The position numbers were made by a program, and so were the translations under genes. The notes beneath the pieces were generated by a model, which was not told the DNA's origin, searched no databases, and saw only the letters and a list, made by a program, of their open reading frames with translations. A stretch of DNA of 64,000 nt from Octopus vulgaris. Taxonomy: Eukaryota. Every line of letters starts with the position of its first letter. The stretch's first letter is position 1. The stretch covers positions 30,008,001 through 30,072,000 of the forward strand of contig OX597829.1 of assembly GCA_951406725.2 (NCBI GenBank), in the 5' to 3' direction. Positions 58,331-64,000 of the stretch are shown in pieces.

Positions 58331-59204
58331 AGAAGATACAAAAATCATTATATTTAGCCAAAACTCAGTGTACACACGCACACACACACACATGTATATC
58401 ACAATATTGACCAGGCTACTGGATGTTGTTATACAATGCTGATTACAATGTGCTTTGAATTGTTTTAGCTTCTGAATGACGTTACTCCGCTATATGTATG
58501 AATTGTATGTATAAATGTATTGTATGTATCCATATATGTATGCATGTATGTATATATGTATGTATATGTGTGTGTGTGCAAGTGTGTGTGTAATGTTGAT
58601 TCTATAATACAATATAATATAAAATACAATTCATATTTCCTGCTGTAATACAATTTGTATATATTAAACGGGCAGAGAAACCTGCACACACACATGCACA
58701 TACTCATATGTGCATGTGCACACATACACATACACACACATGAACATACACGTATTCCGAAAACAATGCTTAAACATGTCATGTAGCAGCAATGATTTTC
58801 AATAAAGATATTCAGGTTAGTACCACACCCAATACATGAGTCATATTCTTATGTCAACTGTCACACAGTAAAAAAACATAAATAAAATACTTTTGGTCAC
58901 TGTATTTTCAGTCATAAGTAATGACATTAAGATGCCTAATGTAATGTTGTGTCCAATGGCAACATAAGCTATCCACGGTTACCATTGGTAACAAAAGCAG
59001 AATCTGTAAATGAAATTGAAAGCAAAACAAACCCAAGTCAGAGAGTTTCTTTTGTGTGCTTTTATCATGTCAGTCAGGGAAGCATGGTTCAAGTTTTGGG
59101 TAGTGTTTTTTCAGTTCAAGAGTTTTTTTTTAATCTAATTCATTATGAACTATTATTTATAGTTACGTTTACATAACCTTATAAAAGAGTTTTTTTTTTT
59201 ATAT

Positions 59205-60454
59205 GTTGGAGGGGGACGGGATAAACTACCTGCATCAACATTCTATAAAAGGTAGTCATTTTATCAGGTAGTAGTTTTACCTTCTGCTTATTCTTAGTGC
59301 AAGTTTTGGAGAGTGCAGTTCGATTTTAACAATTATTTTTTCAAAGCTATAATGGAAATGACAAAGGAACATATTCGGCATCTTTTGCTTTATGAGTTCA
59401 ATAAAGGCAACAACACAGCAGAAAGTGCAAGAAATATTAATGCAGTATATGGGTATCGGACAATAAGCATAAGACAGTGTCAATAGTGGTTCCAGAAATT
59501 CCAAGCCAGAAACTATAGCCTAGAAGACAAGACTTGTCCTTGAAGATCTGTAGATCTTGACAGGATGTCCTGCAAACCCTAGTGGAACAAAATCCATTGT
59601 AACTGGTGAAGAACTAGCAGAGAATCTTGGATTTGGTCATTCAACCATTCATCAACACTTGCATGGTATCGGAAAAGTTAGCAAATTGGGTGAATGGGTT
59701 CCTCACAAACTTTCTGAGTCTAATCATGTGCTGAGAGTGAATGTGTGCTCTCCCTTGCTGTCACATCTTATGAATGATGTTTTTTGGACCAAATAGTGAC
59801 TGGTGATGAGAAATGGGTTCTCTATAAAAATGTCAAGGGCTGAAGACAGTGTGTAGGGAAAGGAGAAACACCAGCAACCCAGGCTAAAGAAGGTCTTTAC
59901 CCATATAATGTATTGTTATCTGTTTGGTGGGATATGAAAGGTTTAGTCCACTTTCAACTTTTAAACCTAAACCAAATGATAACAAAGGAGATCTACTGTG
60001 AGCAGCTTGAGCAGCTTAAGTTGGCATCAGAAGAAAAATAACCATGTTAGGTTTCAAGATGAAAGGTATTCTTTCATCAGGATAATGCTCAGCTACATAC
60101 AGCAAAGATGACATTCCAAAGGCTAGACCAGTTTGAATGGGAAATAATACCCCACCCACCATATTTGCTGGACATTGCCCCATCTGATTATTATTCATTC
60201 CATAGTCTTCAAAATCATTTGGACAGAAAAAATATGAATTCTGTAGATGAGGTCAGAAGAGTACTGGAGGAGTATTTTTCATCACGGACAAGCGAATTTT
60301 GGAAGAGGGGCCTTGCAAGTCTATCAGACAGATGGAAGAACATTGTAGAAAATGAAGGAGCATAAATTTTAGATTAAAAAAGAACTTTGTTTATCTTAAT
60401 TTTGAAAAATAAAAGAAGTATTTAAAAAACTGCATTATTTATGTGATCACCCAA
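59205..60454 (+). mobile_element. Mariner transposon, same family, left TIR missing; transposase pseudogene
   Basis: WVPHKL, IVTGDEKW, HQDNA and HPPYLLDIAPSDY motifs; right TIR at 60425-60454. Confidence 0.9.
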
Positions 60455-61642
60455 TATATATCTACAATAAGCTTCTTTCAGTTTTACAACGCTTTGGTCA
60501 ACCTAAGGCTTGCTTAAGGTGTCATGCAAGAACCATGAGGTTGGGAAGCAAGCTTCTTACCACACAGCCACACCAACGCCTAGATATATATAAATATATA
60601 TGATGATTACTTCATCTTGACGGATGATAGCCATCCCATTAACACACACACTTCACACAACATCCCTCCATTGATGAGCCCTTAAATGACATTTAAGACC
60701 AGTTACTGACTGATAGATATTATTTAGATTTCTTCTATATCTTTGCCTTTTGGAATCTGATTCTGAACATATGTCTTTTAAGTTCAGATATTGTCTGTGT
60801 TTTATACGTTTTGTGACATATGACTCAAGTTGTAAGAGGTGATTGGGGTTCCTGCCCGGACATTTTGATTCTCATGTCTCAAGCAGCTCCATTTAATTGA
60901 ACAATGCAATCATTACATCAATTTAAATGCAGTGCTATCTTCAGCTGCACAAATAAATAAATGGAAGTTTAACAAGTAGGAGACATTAATATAATTTTTC
61001 TTAAATATTTTAACACAGCAAGAAGATGGAAGAAATTCATGTTGTTACTATTGTAGCTAAGAATAGACTACAACTTCTAATAATTGCATGGAGCATAGTG
61101 GGATCATAGGATTGTAATTCATTTCTAATTCATTTATCTCATTACCAATACTAAATCTAAGACTAAAAGACTGTGTCTATTTTGAATAAAGGATAAGAGT
61201 GTGTTTACAGGTCATGGCTAGGTATGGTCATAAATATTATCATGTGTGTCCCTTTTCCCCAGGGAGGAAATGAGACATTAGAAGTAGTCAGTTGGATATA
61301 AGTAACTGTCTATAAAAAGAGGCAGGGCAGGTGTAGACTTTAAATCATGATGTTAATTATCAGTTAAAGGGGCAAGACACTAAGAAACCTAAGATGTTAA
61401 TACAGAGGAAATTTTATTTAGGGGCACTATGGGTGATTGTTTATAAACGATATTGTTATGATGTGTAAAAATAAAATTTAAGAATTTCAAAAATGATATT
61501 GTAACCAGAATAGATAAAAAGTGTGTATATATCAATTATAAACATTAAAAAGGAAGTTCTATATTTAAGCCCATGGGCATATGGTGTAGTGGTTAAGGGC
61601 GTGGGCTACTAACTCTGAGTTTGATTCAAGGCAGTGACTTCA

Positions 61643-61752
61643 ATAACAACAACAACAGCAGCATCAGCAACAACAACAACAACAACAACAGCAGCAGCAG
61701 CAACAACAACAATAACAACAGCAACACTACCACCACCACCAACAACAACAAC
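61643..61752 (+). repeat. (AAC)n/(CAG)n/(ACC)n compound microsatellite after a truncated tRNA-like SINE head (61573-61640)
   Basis: Read directly; explains ORF 61634..61948. Confidence 0.9.
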
Positions 61753-61779
61753 ATGTATATATATCCATCCTGCTAGTCT

Positions 61780-62965
61780 CCTGAAGGAATGTAGACACCA
61801 ACTTGCAGTCCCTCCGGAGAAATTGTTTAGACTCAGGTTATATACCGAAATAACTCCTATCCCAGTCTGTCATCCCGGTTTTCAAACAAGGAAACAGATC
61901 CCTCGCCATCAACTATTGCCCAATCTCACTCACCTCCCACATCATTAAAGTGTTTGAAAGAGTGTTAAGATCAAGGATAGCTGACTTCCTGGAGACCCAC
62001 AAACTCCTAAATGCAAATCAGCATGGCTTTCGCTGTGGCAGGGACTGTCTAACACAGCTCTTACACCACATTGAAGATGTACTCAAAGCCTTGGGAACAG
62101 GTTCAAACTCTGACGTCATATATCTTGACTTCAGTAAAGCGTTCGACAGGGTTGACCATAATATCTTACTCTCAAAATTGGCAAATGTTGGAATCTGTGG
62201 AAAACTTCTACATTGGATTGAGTATTTCCTGGCAAATAGAATACAACATGTTGTGGTCAATAGAGTCCACTCAAGCCCAGCAAATGTCACTAGCAGTGTC
62301 CCTTGGGGGACTGTCTTGGGCCCCGCTCCTCTTTATAATCTATATAAATGACCTTTCCAGTGTCGTAAAACACTGCAAAGTGAAAATATTTGCCAATGAC
62401 ACTAAGCTCCAGAAAATCATCAATGAAGAAGAAGACCAAACTCAATTCCAGTCTGATCTATATGCGGTGAGTCAATGGGCAGACAAAAACAAAATGCAAC
62501 TAAACGAGGGAAAATTTGAGCTGATGCATTTTGGAAGAAAGACTATACTAAAACAGCCATATTCTCTTCCTTCAGGGGAACCGCTTACAGCATCTAATAA
62601 TATTAGACACCTAAGAGTAATTGTTGATAACAATTTCAGTTGGAATGTCCGCATCAACAATAAGGACGATATAGCTCGTAGGATGAGCCCCTGGATCTTA
62701 ACAACCTTCTGGTTCAGAGAACAAGGTGTCATCATTCCGCTTTTCTCCTCCTTTGTATGGCCCACCTTGAATACTGTTGCCCATACAAAACAAAACATCT
62801 CGAAAATTGAATCACTCCAGAGGGCATTCACTAAATGAATTAAGGGCATGACTGATCTCAATTACTGGGACTGCCTTAAAGCCTTGAAACTCTACTCCCT
62901 CCAGTGCTGGCGTAAGTGGTACATCATTTGCACGAGATGGAGAATATACGGCCAGCATTACCCAA
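61780..62965 (+). mobile_element. CR1/L2/Jockey-group LINE reverse transcriptase pseudogene fragment
   Basis: QHGFR, YLDFSKAFDRVDH, VP.GTVLGP, LFIIYINDL and FANDTK (degraded FADD) motifs; frameshifts. Confidence 0.92.
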
Positions 62966-63104
62966 ACAACATGAAAATTAGCCCATAACACTGTATGGAC
63001 CCTAAGTAAAGCATGTGTAAAATTTGAGGAAAATCGGTCGAGCAGTTCTCGAGTTTTAGTGATGCACACATACAGACAAACATTCTCAGTTTTATACATA
63101 TAGA
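62965..63104 (-). mobile_element. Helitron-like 5' terminal fragment
   Basis: Minus strand atctatatgtataaaactgagaatgtttgtctgtatgtgtg. Confidence 0.5.
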
Positions 63105-63749
63105 TAATAAGAAATACATATAAACAACATATAAAGTGATAGGGGATTAAAATTAGAGATGGGGAAAAGATAAAGCTAACTCGAAAAGAGAGGGTAATAA
63201 GTATGGAAGTAATTAGGGCAGTTATAAAGGTATTCAGACAAAAGAGATTTTATAAGTTGTAATGTTACAGGTGTTATTGTGTATATGATTTTATAGTTTC
63301 TAGTGGGTATATGATTTAGTCAAAAGGAGACTTACTTACATGAAGTCACTACAAATATACATAATATGATCAGTAGGGTAGAATCTTATAGAAAGGAAAA
63401 TAGTGTAATCATCAAAGTGGGATGAAGTCAGACGAACTAGGCAGGGGTTATCATAGGATAGTATTATATATAGCACATCACATTCCACAATACACAACAT
63501 AAAATATATGTAATGCAATATAATTCACCATATAACATAATATTGCATGAATTTTTTGTATTTAATACTGGAGGGTAAGTTTACAATGGATACGACACCA
63601 AAATTAATTTCTACCATGAAAGTTCAACTATGGTAACTATAATTGTTAGTTTCGAAAATATTTAAATATTCGGGTGACGCTATGCCTTCATGATACTCCT
63701 AGGTTCAATCTATTATCAATCAGGTTGTTCTTGCCCCTATACTTAAAAA

Positions 63750-64000
63750 TCTCTCTATATATAAACGGCAGTTTGTCTGTCTGTGTGTCTGTCAGGTTGT
63801 ACCCTCACCCTAACCACGGCTTTCAACCGATTCTGATGAAACTTGACACACACATAGCCCAATGTCATAATTCAAAACTAACGCAGCGAAAATTTTGAAA
63901 AGTCTCCCCAGTTCTGAAAAAAATCGATAAATTCGACATGGGGTCGAGAATCTAAGCTTTTTATTTGCAACACATTTTCTGTTGTAGTTTTCGCAACTTG
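63750..64000 (+). mobile_element. Helitron-like 5' end running off the window
   Basis: A|TCTCTCTATATATAAA...gtctgtctgtgtgt...accgattctgatgaaactt. Confidence 0.55.

Noticed and set aside
61573-61640. tRNA gene
   Set aside because: Only an A-box-like head with a broken B-box and no acceptor stem; it is a SINE remnant.
61950-62838. Active reverse transcriptase gene
   Set aside because: Frameshifted, catalytic FADD mutated to FAND, truncated at both ends.

Overview
AT-rich eukaryotic genomic DNA; the repeat families and protein similarity point to an octopus (coleoid cephalopod). The + strand carries the 3' half of a kinesin light chain (KLC) gene. It has 12 canonical GT-AG exons from 1436 to 41939 that encode the TPR domain and the C-terminal tail, then a probable ~4.6 kb 3' UTR. 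The rest is intronic or intergenic repeat DNA: tRNA-derived SINEs, RTE and CR1/Jockey-group LINE fragments, TTAA piggyBac-type MITEs and microsatellites. A dense cluster of decayed mariner/Tc1, hAT and Helitron-like elements lies at 48-64 kb. Almost all ORFs in the supplied track are spurious or TE relics. I found no prokaryotic-type system (no CRISPR, no operon). The most interesting signal is post-transcriptional diversification of KLC: a dual-reading-frame exon, an alternative donor that appears conserved with human KLC1, three frame-preserving short cassette exons (9, 36 and 36 nt), a cluster of candidate restorative A-to-I recoding sites, and a pre-miRNA-like hairpin in the 3' UTR. Homologue sequences are quoted from memory and were not searched.
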